This document shows, piece by piece, positions 27,566 through 36,194 of a stretch of DNA of 56,327 nucleotides. How positions within the stretch are numbered: the stretch's first letter is position 1; each line of letters opens with the position of its first letter. The stretch spans positions 1-56,327 of the forward strand of contig CAYXYK010000005.1 of the NCBI GenBank assembly GCA_964469335.1, given 5' to 3'. Below the pieces are notes generated by a model. It saw nothing but the letters and a program-made list of their open reading frames with translations. It did not search any database and was not told the DNA's origin. A program made the position numbers and the translations under genes. The stretch comes from an uncultured Candidatus Saccharibacteria bacterium. Its GTDB lineage: Bacteria > Patescibacteriota > Minisyncoccia > Phycocordibacterales > UBA6899.

Positions 27566-28861
27566 ATGAATGAAGCAAAACGAGGAGAGGCTCAGTATTG
27601 GTGGAAGAACGCGACCATCTATGAGCTATACGTCGACAAATTCGCCGGTGACTTCAAGGGGCTAACGACAAAGCTCGACTACCTCGTTTCACTTGGAATA
27701 AATACGCTCCATATCCTCCCGCATTATCCGTCTCCGATGATCGATGAGGGGTATGATATCACCGACTACCGCAATGTTCGTCCTGAGCTCGGGACACTCG
27801 ATGACATGCGGGAGTGTATCGCACAGGCAAAAGCTCGCGGTATACATATCATCCTCGACATGGTACTCAACCATGTCTCTTCGCAGCACCCGTGGTTCAT
27901 TGCAGCGCGCTCATCAAAAGATGATACCAAAAGGGGATATTTCCTCTGGAGCGAAACAGGAACCGAGTACCCAGACTCGCTCAATGCGTTTCCTGACATC
28001 AAGCCATCGAACTGGATAGCCGATCCTCTCACCGGCGACTTTTATTTCGCAACTTTCTACCCCGAGCAGCCGGATCTCAACTGGGATAACCCAGAGGTCG
28101 TGGAAGGCATGCTCGCTAACATGGATTTCTGGGCTGAAATGGGAGTGGACGGATTTCGGCTCGACGCTGCTTGTTTCCTCATCAAGCGTGCCGGAACGAA
28201 TTGCAGGGGATTGCCGGAGACTCATGCGATGATCAAACGTGTCCGCAAACATCTCGATGAGAAGTACCCGCGCGGAGTTGTGCTGCTCGGGGAAGCAGCA
28301 CAAAGCATCGAAGAGACGAAAGCGTATTTCGGCGACGGGGATGAGTGTCAGTTGATGTATAATTTCCCGCTCATGGCTGAGATGTGGCTTTCATTGAAAG
28401 ATGGGAATCCTTCCGCAGCGAGACGGATGTCAGAGCTCTCAAATGGAATTCCCGAGACTTGTGAATGGGCGACCTTTGTTCGGAATCATGATGAGATCGA
28501 GCTCCGCTTTCTCGAGTCTGCCGAAGTGAGATCAGGATTGCTCGATTTTTTGGATCCTGCAAAGGAATATCTTTTCAACAAGGGTGTCGCAACATCGAAA
28601 CGTATCGCCAGTATATTCACGGATAAGAAAGATATGCTCGCTGCATTCGAACTTCTCTACGCTCTCCCTGGTGCTCCGGTCATGTATTACGGAGACGAGA
28701 TCGGAATGCGAAATCTTCCCGTTATGGTCGGCATCGTCGATACGCGAAAATATGTACGCGGCCCGTTCGACTGGGTCGAGGCAGAGAGGCAGGAGGAGGA
28801 TCCCTCTTCTTTGCTCGTTGAGGTGAGAAGAGTGATCGCGAATCGCAACACTTCTTTATAA
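27566..28861 (+). CDS. GH13 alpha-amylase family, trehalose synthase (TreS)-like
   Basis: DEGYDITDY, DMVLNHVSSQHPWF, QPDLNWDNP; catalytic GFRLDA, LLGEA and RNHDE; lacks the C-terminal beta domain. Confidence 0.88.
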   Translation: MNEAKRGEAQYWWKNATIYELYVDKFAGDFKGLTTKLDYLVSLGINTLHILPHYPSPMIDEGYDITDYRNVRPELGTLDDMRECIAQAKARGIHIILDMVLNHVSSQHPWFIAARSSKDDTKRGYFLWSETGTEYPDSLNAFPDIKPSNWIADPLTGDFYFATFYPEQPDLNWDNPEVVEGMLANMDFWAEMGVDGFRLDAACFLIKRAGTNCRGLPETHAMIKRVRKHLDEKYPRGVVLLGEAAQSIEETKAYFGDGDECQLMYNFPLMAEMWLSLKDGNPSAARRMSELSNGIPETCEWATFVRNHDEIELRFLESAEVRSGLLDFLDPAKEYLFNKGVATSKRIASIFTDKKDMLAAFELLYALPGAPVMYYGDEIGMRNLPVMVGIVDTRKYVRGPFDWVEAERQEEDPSSLLVEVRRVIANRNTSL

Positions 28862-28893
28862 AAAAGCACCCGCCGGGTGGCGGGGCTTGGGGG
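28858..28893. repeat. 36-bp direct repeat (junction type II), left copy
   Basis: ATAAAAAAGCACCCGCCGGGTGGCGGGGCTTGGGGG, identical at 29935-29970. Confidence 0.92.
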
Positions 28894-28905
28894 AAGTTGG
28901 CTTTG

Positions 28906-29340
28906 CTACGGATTCTCGCCGTAGGTCTTGAGCACTTCGATGAACGGATAGTGCTTGCCGCTGAAGGCGTAGCCTCGGATGATGTCCTTCATCCCGCGGT
29001 ATTCGTCGTCGTAACCGAAGTTGAAGGAGATGCGGTTCGACCACCACCAGTAGCGGAAGCCTTGAGTGGCGACGAACTCTCTGTACGCTTCACGCTTGAA
29101 CTCGACCAGCTTGCATCCGACATCACGCCCGCTGGTTGGCACGCACACGCGCTGTGGGGTGGTGTCGATGACCGACACCGACACCCAGGGCGCACTGATA
29201 TGCCAACCACTGTCTTGCAATGTCAGCGTTCCGTACAGCCGATTCCATGCGATGCCGGCCTCGATAGGCTCGGTGTAGTTCACGAACATGAGGTAGAAGA
29301 CGAGGATGCCTCCGACCATTGCGGCAATGAGCCGCTTCAC
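28906..29340 (-). CDS. Hypothetical TM-anchored protein, SPFH-N-like, paralog 2
   Basis: GTG start overlapping the upstream TGA; GIAWN..G..SGWH..PWV.V..ID..P..VC...CKLV.F. Confidence 0.75.
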   Translation of the reverse strand: MKRLIAAMVGGILVFYLMFVNYTEPIEAGIAWNRLYGTLTLQDSGWHISAPWVSVSVIDTTPQRVCVPTSGRDVGCKLVEFKREAYREFVATQGFRYWWWSNRISFNFGYDDEYRGMKDIIRGYAFSGKHYPFIEVLKTYGENP

Positions 29341-29837
29341 TTCGTGACCTCGTCGCTGGTGTTCTTCTTGATGATGAGGAACGGGTAGTCGGTGCCCTTG
29401 TCGTCGTACGCGTACACCTTGAGGATCTCGCAGAACTGTGTCGTGCAGCCTTGGATCCCGACGGTCGTGTTGCCCGGGCCGGCATAGTCGCCGCGGCCGT
29501 GCCACGACAGGAACAGGTCGAGACCCTTCGGGTTGAACTGAACCAGTTTGCAGTTGAGGACACGGCCGTTCGCGCTGATGCAGACCTGCATGGGGCGCAG
29601 GTCGATGGTGTCGACCTCGGTGATCAGGGGAATCGCTTTCACGTATCCGGTCCCTTCGACGAGGGTGATCTTGCCGCCGCCCCACTTGTTGAAGGCGTAG
29701 GCGAGCTGGTACGAGTCGACGTACTTGTAGCAGGCGGCGAAGTACACCAGCCCGAGAAGCGCCAGTCCCACAGCCAGGCCGATGACCCAGACCACGAGCT
29801 TCCCGAAGAAGGAAGTAGGCATTTGGACGTTATCCAT
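29337..29837 (-). CDS. Hypothetical TM-anchored protein, SPFH-N-like, paralog 1
   Basis: SD AAGGAG; shares IDLRP..VC....CKLV.F and YA...YPFL with the downstream paralog. Confidence 0.78.
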   Translation of the reverse strand: MDNVQMPTSFFGKLVVWVIGLAVGLALLGLVYFAACYKYVDSYQLAYAFNKWGGGKITLVEGTGYVKAIPLITEVDTIDLRPMQVCISANGRVLNCKLVQFNPKGLDLFLSWHGRGDYAGPGNTTVGIQGCTTQFCEILKVYAYDDKGTDYPFLIIKKNTSDEVTK

Positions 29838-29906
29838 CAAATTCTCCTTGTTGCGGTTGTGAAGTGTAACAGTAGCCAACTTTTGAAGGTGCTGTTAGCT
29901 GTTTCA

Positions 29907-29935
29907 ATTATACTATATTTTTGTTATAAAGTCAA
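29907..29935 (-). promoter_or_regulatory. Near-consensus sigma70 promoter fused to the junction terminator
   Basis: TTGACT-17 nt-TATAAT on the minus strand. Confidence 0.85.
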
Positions 29936-29970
29936 TAAAAAAGCACCCGCCGGGTGGCGGGGCTTGGGGG
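29935..29970. repeat. 36-bp direct repeat (junction type II), right copy
   Basis: Identical to 28858-28893. Confidence 0.92.
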
Positions 29971-29988
29971 GTCAACTGCAGATGACCG

Positions 29989-30624
29989 TCATTTTTCTGC
30001 GGTGGGACGATCGTTGCTTTCACCGTAGCTTCCTGTGTCTTCCGCATCGCTTTTTTCGAACAGCGAAAGTCGTGCTTCGATCGTACGGATCAGCAATTCG
30101 CGTTTTCTCGCCGCATAGAGTGCCGCGACGATCGCACGAAGGACTTCAGCAGTCTCCGCTCTGGATGAGAAACGTCTTGCGACACTCCGGTCGAGCACCA
30201 ATTCGCAGGGGATGTATTCGGGGAGCGCCTCGAAATCGCAGATGCCGCTTTCGTCGGGATAGCGGAGCAGTTCCCGGCCGATTGCATAGCGGAAGAAAGG
30301 TTCGGCGGGAAGTGGCAAGAGTGCGTCGTTGACCCAGATGACAAGTGTTCGTGAGGACTCTTGGCGGAGGACCTCGGAGGTGACAGCGACATCCCCATCG
30401 CCCACGAGCACGCACACGAGTATCTCCGTCTCCGGTGGAACCTCGGCGTTCATCGCGTTGATGAATTTCATGACAGAAGCATTCGTTGGGACTGCAACAC
30501 GCTCTCTGAACGTACACAGTTCATTGCGGGTGTCCTGGCTCATTTTTGTGGCACAGCCGAACAGGATGACAAGCAAGCACAGACCGAAAGTGCCGCGGGC
30601 AAGAACACGTATGTGCGTATGCAT
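29989..30624 (-). CDS. Putative lipoprotein, M48-like fold with degenerate zinc motif
   Basis: Lipobox LFGC; aligns with the 33368 protein but has GRELLR in place of HEFGH; SD AGGAG. Confidence 0.7.
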   Translation of the reverse strand: MHTHIRVLARGTFGLCLLVILFGCATKMSQDTRNELCTFRERVAVPTNASVMKFINAMNAEVPPETEILVCVLVGDGDVAVTSEVLRQESSRTLVIWVNDALLPLPAEPFFRYAIGRELLRYPDESGICDFEALPEYIPCELVLDRSVARRFSSRAETAEVLRAIVAALYAARKRELLIRTIEARLSLFEKSDAEDTGSYGESNDRPTAEK

Positions 30625-30714
30625 GAACTTCTCCTGGTTACGTCAAAGAAGGGACCGTCTCTCTTCATTAACTTCCTGTTCGAAAGTACTGTCAATTTTT
30701 CCACGCAAAAAAAC

Positions 30715-30739
30715 AAGCCCCGCAAATGCGGGGCTCATG
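30715..30739 (-). terminator. Junction type III terminator
   Basis: AGCCCCGCAAATGCGGGGCTCATG, near-identical at 31241. Confidence 0.8.
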
Positions 30740-30743
30740 GCTC

Positions 30744-31142
30744 TCAGGTGTGCTTTGGGGTCAAGTCGAATCCATGCGCGTCTTCGGGGTCTTCGCGCGG
30801 AGGTTTCGGCGGGTCACTTCCGGGAGCGATTGCGTACTTCCGCACTTTTGCAGTGAGTTCTCTGACGGCACGTTCGTGAATAGTGACGACGAGGATTCCT
30901 TCTCGAACCATTTCGTCGAGGATGTCGTAGAGTTCAGAGTCCGAGATCTTCGGGAGCGAGAGGATCTTCTCCAGCTCACGGTTGATCTGGAGGCACATCA
31001 ACGGTTCCGGCTGTCGATTGAGGACGTTCCAGATCGGCCGCTTGTAGAGGACCTTCTTTTCTTCGAAGAGGAGTCGTTGTGCGCGCTTGCCTTGCCAGAC
31101 GACGAGGACGATCAGCGCAATGAGTGCGAGTGCATAGAGCAT
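30744..31142 (-). CDS. Hypothetical protein: N-terminal TM plus winged-helix-like domain
   Basis: SD GAAGGAGG; IWNVL..QPEPL..LQI.REL...ISDSELYDIL.EMVREGIL...RKYAI. Confidence 0.65.
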   Translation of the reverse strand: MLYALALIALIVLVVWQGKRAQRLLFEEKKVLYKRPIWNVLNRQPEPLMCLQINRELEKILSLPKISDSELYDILDEMVREGILVVTIHERAVRELTAKVRKYAIAPGSDPPKPPREDPEDAHGFDLTPKHT

Positions 31143-31234
31143 GGTGCCTCCTTCGGGCATATTGAACAGACTGTCTGAACGCTACGTTATCCGATGGCTC
31201 GAGTCAACGACGCCCATGAGCAGCATCGATACAA

Positions 31235-31264
31235 AAAATGAGCCCCGCAGATGCGGGGCTCATG
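31235..31264 (-). terminator. Junction type III terminator
   Basis: AAAAAATGAGCCCCGCAGATGCGGGGCTCATG. Confidence 0.8.
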
Positions 31265-31277
31265 AGGTCGGAACGCT

Positions 31278-31862
31278 TCAGTTCATGACCGGTGCGAAGC
31301 TGATGTTCTTGTCTTCTTCGGAGCGCAGGTCGTCGCCGGCGATACGCTTCAGCGCCGATGTGAGTCGTTCGAGCTCTTCGATGTCGGAGAGGATCATCTT
31401 GTACGTCCTCGCGCTCTGCGGTTCCGGTTGCGTGCGGAAGGCCTGGTCCTCGGTCTTCGTCAGCATGCCGACATAGTCGATCAGCCGGTAGGTCACATGG
31501 TAGGGGACACCGGCGAAGAGCGAACCGAGGTCATCGGGGTGCTTCCGCATGAACGGGACGAGATGGGCGAATACGAACCCCTCGAACTCGCGCGACTCGC
31601 CCGGGCTCTCCGTGAGCGTCTTCAGCATCTTGCCGAGAACCTTGGTGTGGCCATCGGAGTTGATTAGCGCTTTCCCGAGGGGTTCCTGCGTTGCCAGCAG
31701 TACTGCGATGGCGAACACCGTGGTAACGAGCGGACCGATGATGACGACGAAGGTCGAGGCATCGTATCTGCTCAGCGTCGCGATCCAGATGCCCATCACG
31801 ACGATGAAGGTGAGCAGCGTGACGAGCTGTACTCGATTGAACTTCTGCAGAATGGTGTTCAT
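31278..31862 (-). CDS. Hypothetical two-TM protein
   Basis: Two N-terminal TMs, SD GGAG, promoter TTGACG-16-TAATTT. Confidence 0.75.
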   Translation of the reverse strand: MNTILQKFNRVQLVTLLTFIVVMGIWIATLSRYDASTFVVIIGPLVTTVFAIAVLLATQEPLGKALINSDGHTKVLGKMLKTLTESPGESREFEGFVFAHLVPFMRKHPDDLGSLFAGVPYHVTYRLIDYVGMLTKTEDQAFRTQPEPQSARTYKMILSDIEELERLTSALKRIAGDDLRSEEDKNISFAPVMN

Positions 31863-31996
31863 TCAGTTTCTCCGTGAGAGGTGTGCATGCTGTGGTCCGC
31901 ACAGCGCGGGTTTCCGTCCACAAATTACCACGGATACTGATTCCGTCAAACTTCGGCATGTCACATGGCCCAACGTTCTGCGTTATACTAGTACGT

Positions 31997-32953
31997 ATGA
32001 AAAAACTGTTCGCTGTCATCTGCTTCATGCTGCTCTTCCTCCCGTCACTCTCCTTGGCAGCAACCGTTCGCAACATTGAATTCCCGGTCAATGGTCCCAA
32101 CAGTTTCCGCGACGACTTCGGTGACCCACGCGGAGGAGGAACCCGTTCACACAAAGGTAACGACATCATCGCCGCAAAGATGACCCCGCTCGTCTCCACT
32201 ATCGACGGCAAAGTACTGTTTGTCGTCTCGCCGCAGCCGTCGTGGGGTTATGAGATCTGCCTGATCGATTCCGATGGGTATCAGTATGATTACCTGCATG
32301 TGAACAACGACGTCCCAGGTACTGACAACGGCAAGGGAGGGGAAGGCAACGCCTATGCACCCGGTATCATCACGGGAGCTACGGTGACCAAGGGTCAGCT
32401 CATCGGCTGGGTGGGGGACAGCGGTAATGCCGAAGACACCGTGCCGCATCTCCACTTCGAGATCCATGACCCGAGCGGCATGGCGATCGATCCATACGAC
32501 AGTTTGATTGTTGCATCAGGTCCATATCGCTCGAGCAATGACTCACGCGGTATCACTCCCGACATGCGTGCATCACTCGAGAATGTCATCGACGGACGCC
32601 CCGATGACGTCTTCAAGACAGGTCTTGATGTTGGCTCAAGTGGTGATATCGTCAGGCAGCTGCAGATCTCACTCAAGGTGCTCGGGCTTCTTCAAGCAGA
32701 TAGTGTCACAGGTTACTATGGTCCGAAGACTCGCGCCGCAGTGATGGCATTCCAGAAACGCCAAGGACTCGATCAGCTCGGCAATGTCGGTCCAAAGACT
32801 CGTGCGGCACTCAATCGCGGGCTTGCGTCCGGAGTACTTCAGGAATACAAACCGTTTTACAACGACGCCGAGAAGAAGGCGATCGAAGAAGCACAGCGCC
32901 GTGACGCCGCGGCGAAACTCGATGCGTGGAAGAAGGCGACCGGGCAACTCTAA
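31997..32953 (+). CDS. M23 family peptidase with C-terminal peptidoglycan-binding domain
   Basis: Signal peptide, HKGND and HLHFEI zinc motifs, G.SG..VRQLQ..L...TGYYGPKT..AV..FQ PG-binding motif. Confidence 0.92.
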   Translation: MKKLFAVICFMLLFLPSLSLAATVRNIEFPVNGPNSFRDDFGDPRGGGTRSHKGNDIIAAKMTPLVSTIDGKVLFVVSPQPSWGYEICLIDSDGYQYDYLHVNNDVPGTDNGKGGEGNAYAPGIITGATVTKGQLIGWVGDSGNAEDTVPHLHFEIHDPSGMAIDPYDSLIVASGPYRSSNDSRGITPDMRASLENVIDGRPDDVFKTGLDVGSSGDIVRQLQISLKVLGLLQADSVTGYYGPKTRAAVMAFQKRQGLDQLGNVGPKTRAALNRGLASGVLQEYKPFYNDAEKKAIEEAQRRDAAAKLDAWKKATGQL

Positions 32954-32961
32954 CCTACAGC

Positions 32962-32995
32962 AAAAAAGAACACTACCGGGGATTCCGGTAGTGTC
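32962..32995. terminator. Terminator between convergent genes
   Basis: ACACTACCGG/CCGGTAGTGT stem with an A tract on the left. Confidence 0.75.
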
Positions 32996-32998
32996 AAT

Positions 32999-33259
32999 TC
33001 AGAGGACGAACAGCGTCCCGCCGACAAGGATGGTGAGCGACCAGCCGAATAGCGTCGTACCGTTCACTGCGTTCGGCACCTTGTCGATGAACCTGATACG
33101 CCGCTGTTCGATCGGAACGAAATTCCATGCGAGCACGATTCCGAACAGGGTGAGGGTGAGGAGCCAGGGTATTCCGCTGTAGAGAAAGAACACGACACCG
33201 AGGAGCGAGATCACTCCGTCGAGGATACCGAAGAAGAACGAGCGCCAAGCATCGTACAT
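32999..33259 (-). CDS. Hypothetical small three-TM protein
   Basis: SD GGAGG; hydrophobic. Confidence 0.7.
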   Translation of the reverse strand: MYDAWRSFFFGILDGVISLLGVVFFLYSGIPWLLTLTLFGIVLAWNFVPIEQRRIRFIDKVPNAVNGTTLFGWSLTILVGGTLFVL

Positions 33260-33367
33260 GATGACCTCCCGAAGTGATGGAATGCTACCAACCTTATTCT
33301 TGCGTACTGCGAAAAAATGTCAAACAAAAGCCGCCGGTATGAACCGGCGGCGAGGAACTCCTGTGCG

Positions 33368-33976
33368 TCAATCGAGCGCATGAGTTTTAAGGAGATCGAT
33401 CCGTGACTTCACGAGTGCGATATCCGGTGCGTTCGCGCCCCGTGTCGTCATCAGCTTCATGACTTGTGTGAGTCCGAGCACTGCGGAGTTCTGTCCGACG
33501 ATCTTCGCCGCGAGTCGATCGATCATGTGCTCGCAGTAGAGGTAGTACCGCCGCTCGTTCTCAGGACAGCCTCCTCCGACGATGTGGTGACCGAACTCAT
33601 GCGCGATGACGAAACGCAGTGGTTCATCGTCGAGTTCGTAGAGCAGTTTTCGCTCGAACCACAGCACCAACGTTTGCTGATCCGCGTCATCGCGTATGGT
33701 CGCCGATTCCGCATACGGGAGTTTCTGGTCCGGCATGAGACAGAGAAGCACTCCTCCCTTCGGGGCATGTTGACGTACGACAGACTCGATCACCTTGATG
33801 AACTTCGGGTCTGCGTTCGGGCGTGCAGCAGAGTGTTTGACCGCTTGGCATGCGTTGAGATCACGGACTCGTTGTGCGATCGGGTCGGTACTCGATGCAC
33901 AGGAGACGATCAAGGACAGTGAAGTGATGATGGCGAGCACTGCAAGCATCGCCCGCAATATGCGAGTTGAGGCCAT
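33368..33976 (-). CDS. Putative lipoprotein zinc metalloprotease (M48/M56-like)
   Basis: Lipobox-like IVSC, LRFVIAHEFGH, E..IDRLA; SD AAGGAG. Confidence 0.78.
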   Translation of the reverse strand: MASTRILRAMLAVLAIITSLSLIVSCASSTDPIAQRVRDLNACQAVKHSAARPNADPKFIKVIESVVRQHAPKGGVLLCLMPDQKLPYAESATIRDDADQQTLVLWFERKLLYELDDEPLRFVIAHEFGHHIVGGGCPENERRYYLYCEHMIDRLAAKIVGQNSAVLGLTQVMKLMTTRGANAPDIALVKSRIDLLKTHALD

Positions 33977-34085
33977 GGATGGCTCCTTAAGGGTGAACTA
34001 GGCTAAATCTAGATAACAACAAATATTCTGATAAGTCAACAATAAAAATACCGCAGGCGAGTGACCTGCGGCAGGGTGGTGAGGC

Positions 34086-34625
34086 CTACTTCCTCTTGAG
34101 TTGTCGCCTCATGACGGCGATCACGTCTTCGTGTATTCCCGTCTTCGCAAGTGCCCCACGACGGCGAGCTGCGGCGCGGAGCTTGTCCATGCTGTCGATA
34201 CCGGCGGCAAGAAGATCGTTGGCGCACGACTCGCTGCCCAATGCGGCAAGGAAGCGACGCAGTTCTTCGAGGCCAGGGTGCTTGTGGGCCATGGAGAGCG
34301 AGTGGCTCAGCACCGCATGTACGTGTTCGCTTGCTGTGAGCCGCGATTCGAGTTCGCGAATGCGGAGTGCAAGCTTCTCACGCTCCTCTTCGCTGTGTTC
34401 GATCCGCAGTGAGAGCATCTCAGCGTCGCTGTTCACCGTGATCAGGAGTCGCATCATGAATGCGGCGAACTCCCCGGTGTCCCACATGCACTTCTCGAGC
34501 ACACAGTCGATGAGCTCGAGCTGCGAAAGTACTTCGAGGGGTCCGCGGTTCTCTCCGCATTCTGCGAGAACGCGGATGAGCAGATTGCGTGTGTGCGCAT
34601 CGCGATTTCCTGGTAGTTGGGGCAT
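34086..34625 (-). CDS. Hypothetical coiled-coil protein with SAM-like C-terminus
   Basis: SD AAGGA; heptad-rich middle region; own terminator at 34051-34071. Confidence 0.7.
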   Translation of the reverse strand: MPQLPGNRDAHTRNLLIRVLAECGENRGPLEVLSQLELIDCVLEKCMWDTGEFAAFMMRLLITVNSDAEMLSLRIEHSEEEREKLALRIRELESRLTASEHVHAVLSHSLSMAHKHPGLEELRRFLAALGSESCANDLLAAGIDSMDKLRAAARRRGALAKTGIHEDVIAVMRRQLKRK

Positions 34626-34686
34626 TATCGATCCTTCTTGGTGATGGTTGGGAACTCCAAAGCGTATTCAATACTTTTTCCTAGTA

Positions 34687-34715
34687 TTGTCAAATATGCT
34701 TTTGTAGCGTAACGT
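34687..34715 (+). promoter_or_regulatory. Promoter with a -35 shared back-to-back between strands
   Basis: TTGTCA-17-TAACGT on plus; the same bases read TTGACA on minus. Confidence 0.55.
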
Positions 34716-34751
34716 GTGGGAGGAAATTTGTTCCATCGCAAAGGAAAAGCC

Positions 34752-35036
34752 ATGCAACTCTATGATTCACTTGCCCGCACTCCCGAAGAGATCGACGCCG
34801 CTCTCTCAAAGGACGGTGCCATCTTGGCACTCGACGTGAGTCAGTTCGTCGTAGTTGCCACTCCTTCCGGCATCATGCTTCAGCTACGAAGCCTCGACCC
34901 GGGGCTTCCGATCGCGATCCCTACAAACGCACTCCGCATCATGCTCCCGCACGAAGACCGGTTCACTCCACCACCGCCGGAAGCAGTCCGCTTCGCCGTC
35001 AGTGACCATGTTCGCGTCTGTGGCACCAGTTGCTGA
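34752..35036 (+). CDS. Hypothetical protein
   Basis: SD AAGGA; terminator GAGCACCCC/GGTGCTC-GTTTTTT at 35041-35067. Confidence 0.65.
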   Translation: MQLYDSLARTPEEIDAALSKDGAILALDVSQFVVVATPSGIMLQLRSLDPGLPIAIPTNALRIMLPHEDRFTPPPPEAVRFAVSDHVRVCGTSC

Positions 35037-35111
35037 TCATGAGCACCCCAAGGGGTGCTCGTTTTTTATATCCGTAGGGCGAGTGATATACTGAGCATTC
35101 ATCATCACCCT

Positions 35112-35561
35112 ATGCAACAAGCACAACATCCAGAAAAAAGATTCGTGATACGTTCACGCGCGGTCATCATGCACGAAGACAAGTTGCTCCTTGTTCGGCA
35201 TCCGCATCGTCCCGAGTCGCTCGTGCTTCCCGGTGGGCACCTTGAGTGGGGAGAAGACCCGCGCGAGTGTCTCAGGCGCGAGTTGGTCGAGGAGCTCGGT
35301 ATCGAACCGATCCTCGGACGGCTGTTGTATGTGAATACCTTCATGGACGGGAACAAGCAGTTATTCGAATTCTTCATCGAGGTCACGAATGGAAAGGAGT
35401 ATCGTGATGCGGACGCATATATCGGCATCATGACAAAAGAACTTGCCGAGGTGCTGTGGGTCACGCACGATGTCGATGCGCGCATTCTTCCGCTCGGATT
35501 CGCAAAAGACTTCCGCGAAGGGAAGCTCATCCGTGATGAGACCAGGTTCATCGACGGCTAA
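35112..35561 (+). CDS. NUDIX hydrolase
   Basis: Nudix box PGGHLEWGEDPRECLRRELVEELG. Confidence 0.92.
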   Translation: MQQAQHPEKRFVIRSRAVIMHEDKLLLVRHPHRPESLVLPGGHLEWGEDPRECLRRELVEELGIEPILGRLLYVNTFMDGNKQLFEFFIEVTNGKEYRDADAYIGIMTKELAEVLWVTHDVDARILPLGFAKDFREGKLIRDETRFIDG

Positions 35562-35670
35562 GTAGCAATGTCGTGGGGAGGTAGCCGAGAAGAAACAAGT
35601 AATGATAAAATATGAAGGTGATATGAAGGTCATATGAACCTCAGATATATAAGTTAACTTCAGATTTTTT

Positions 35671-36129
35671 ATGGACGAACAGAATACCAATCAGGCGAAC
35701 ACCGGTGCAGAAGCACAACCCGCTGCTCCGCAGCAGTCCGCACAGGACGACCTCAAGAAGGTCGCGGACCGCGCAAAGGCAGCTGCGACCGGTTTCGATT
35801 TCATGAGACTCTTCGTCGGCAGAGTCGATGCGACGAACTTTCTCTATTCCGTGATCATCGGCGTCGTTGCTGGAGCGGTACTGAGTATGATCCCCGTCAT
35901 CGGCTGGATCATCTCGATCGGACTTGCCGTACTCGGTGTCGGCATGAGTGTTCGCCGACTTCACGATATCAACGTGACCGGTTGGGCATCGATCGCGCTC
36001 TTCATTCCGGTACTCGGTTTGCTCGGCGTGATCTATCTGTGCTGGAAACACGGAGATGTCGGATCGAATCAGTACGGCGGTGTGCCTGATCCGAAGCGCG
36101 ACGTCTTCAAGGCGATCCTCAACACCTAG
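35671..36129 (+). CDS. DUF805 family membrane protein
   Basis: FVGR, VRRLHDINVTGW and G.NQYG..P motifs. Confidence 0.92.
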   Translation: MDEQNTNQANTGAEAQPAAPQQSAQDDLKKVADRAKAAATGFDFMRLFVGRVDATNFLYSVIIGVVAGAVLSMIPVIGWIISIGLAVLGVGMSVRRLHDINVTGWASIALFIPVLGLLGVIYLCWKHGDVGSNQYGGVPDPKRDVFKAILNT

Positions 36130-36151
36130 TCAGTAGAAAAATGGTTCATGA

Positions 36152-36178
36152 AGAAAGCCGCCCGAGGGCGGCTTTTCT
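36152..36178. terminator. Bidirectional terminator
   Basis: AGAAAGCCGCCC-GA-GGGCGGCTTTTCT. Confidence 0.8.
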
Positions 36179-36194
36179 GTCCAGCGAGCAGAGC

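Noticed and set aside
29451-30332. 293-aa plus-strand ORF
   Set aside because: Crosses a junction and is antisense to two better-supported genes.
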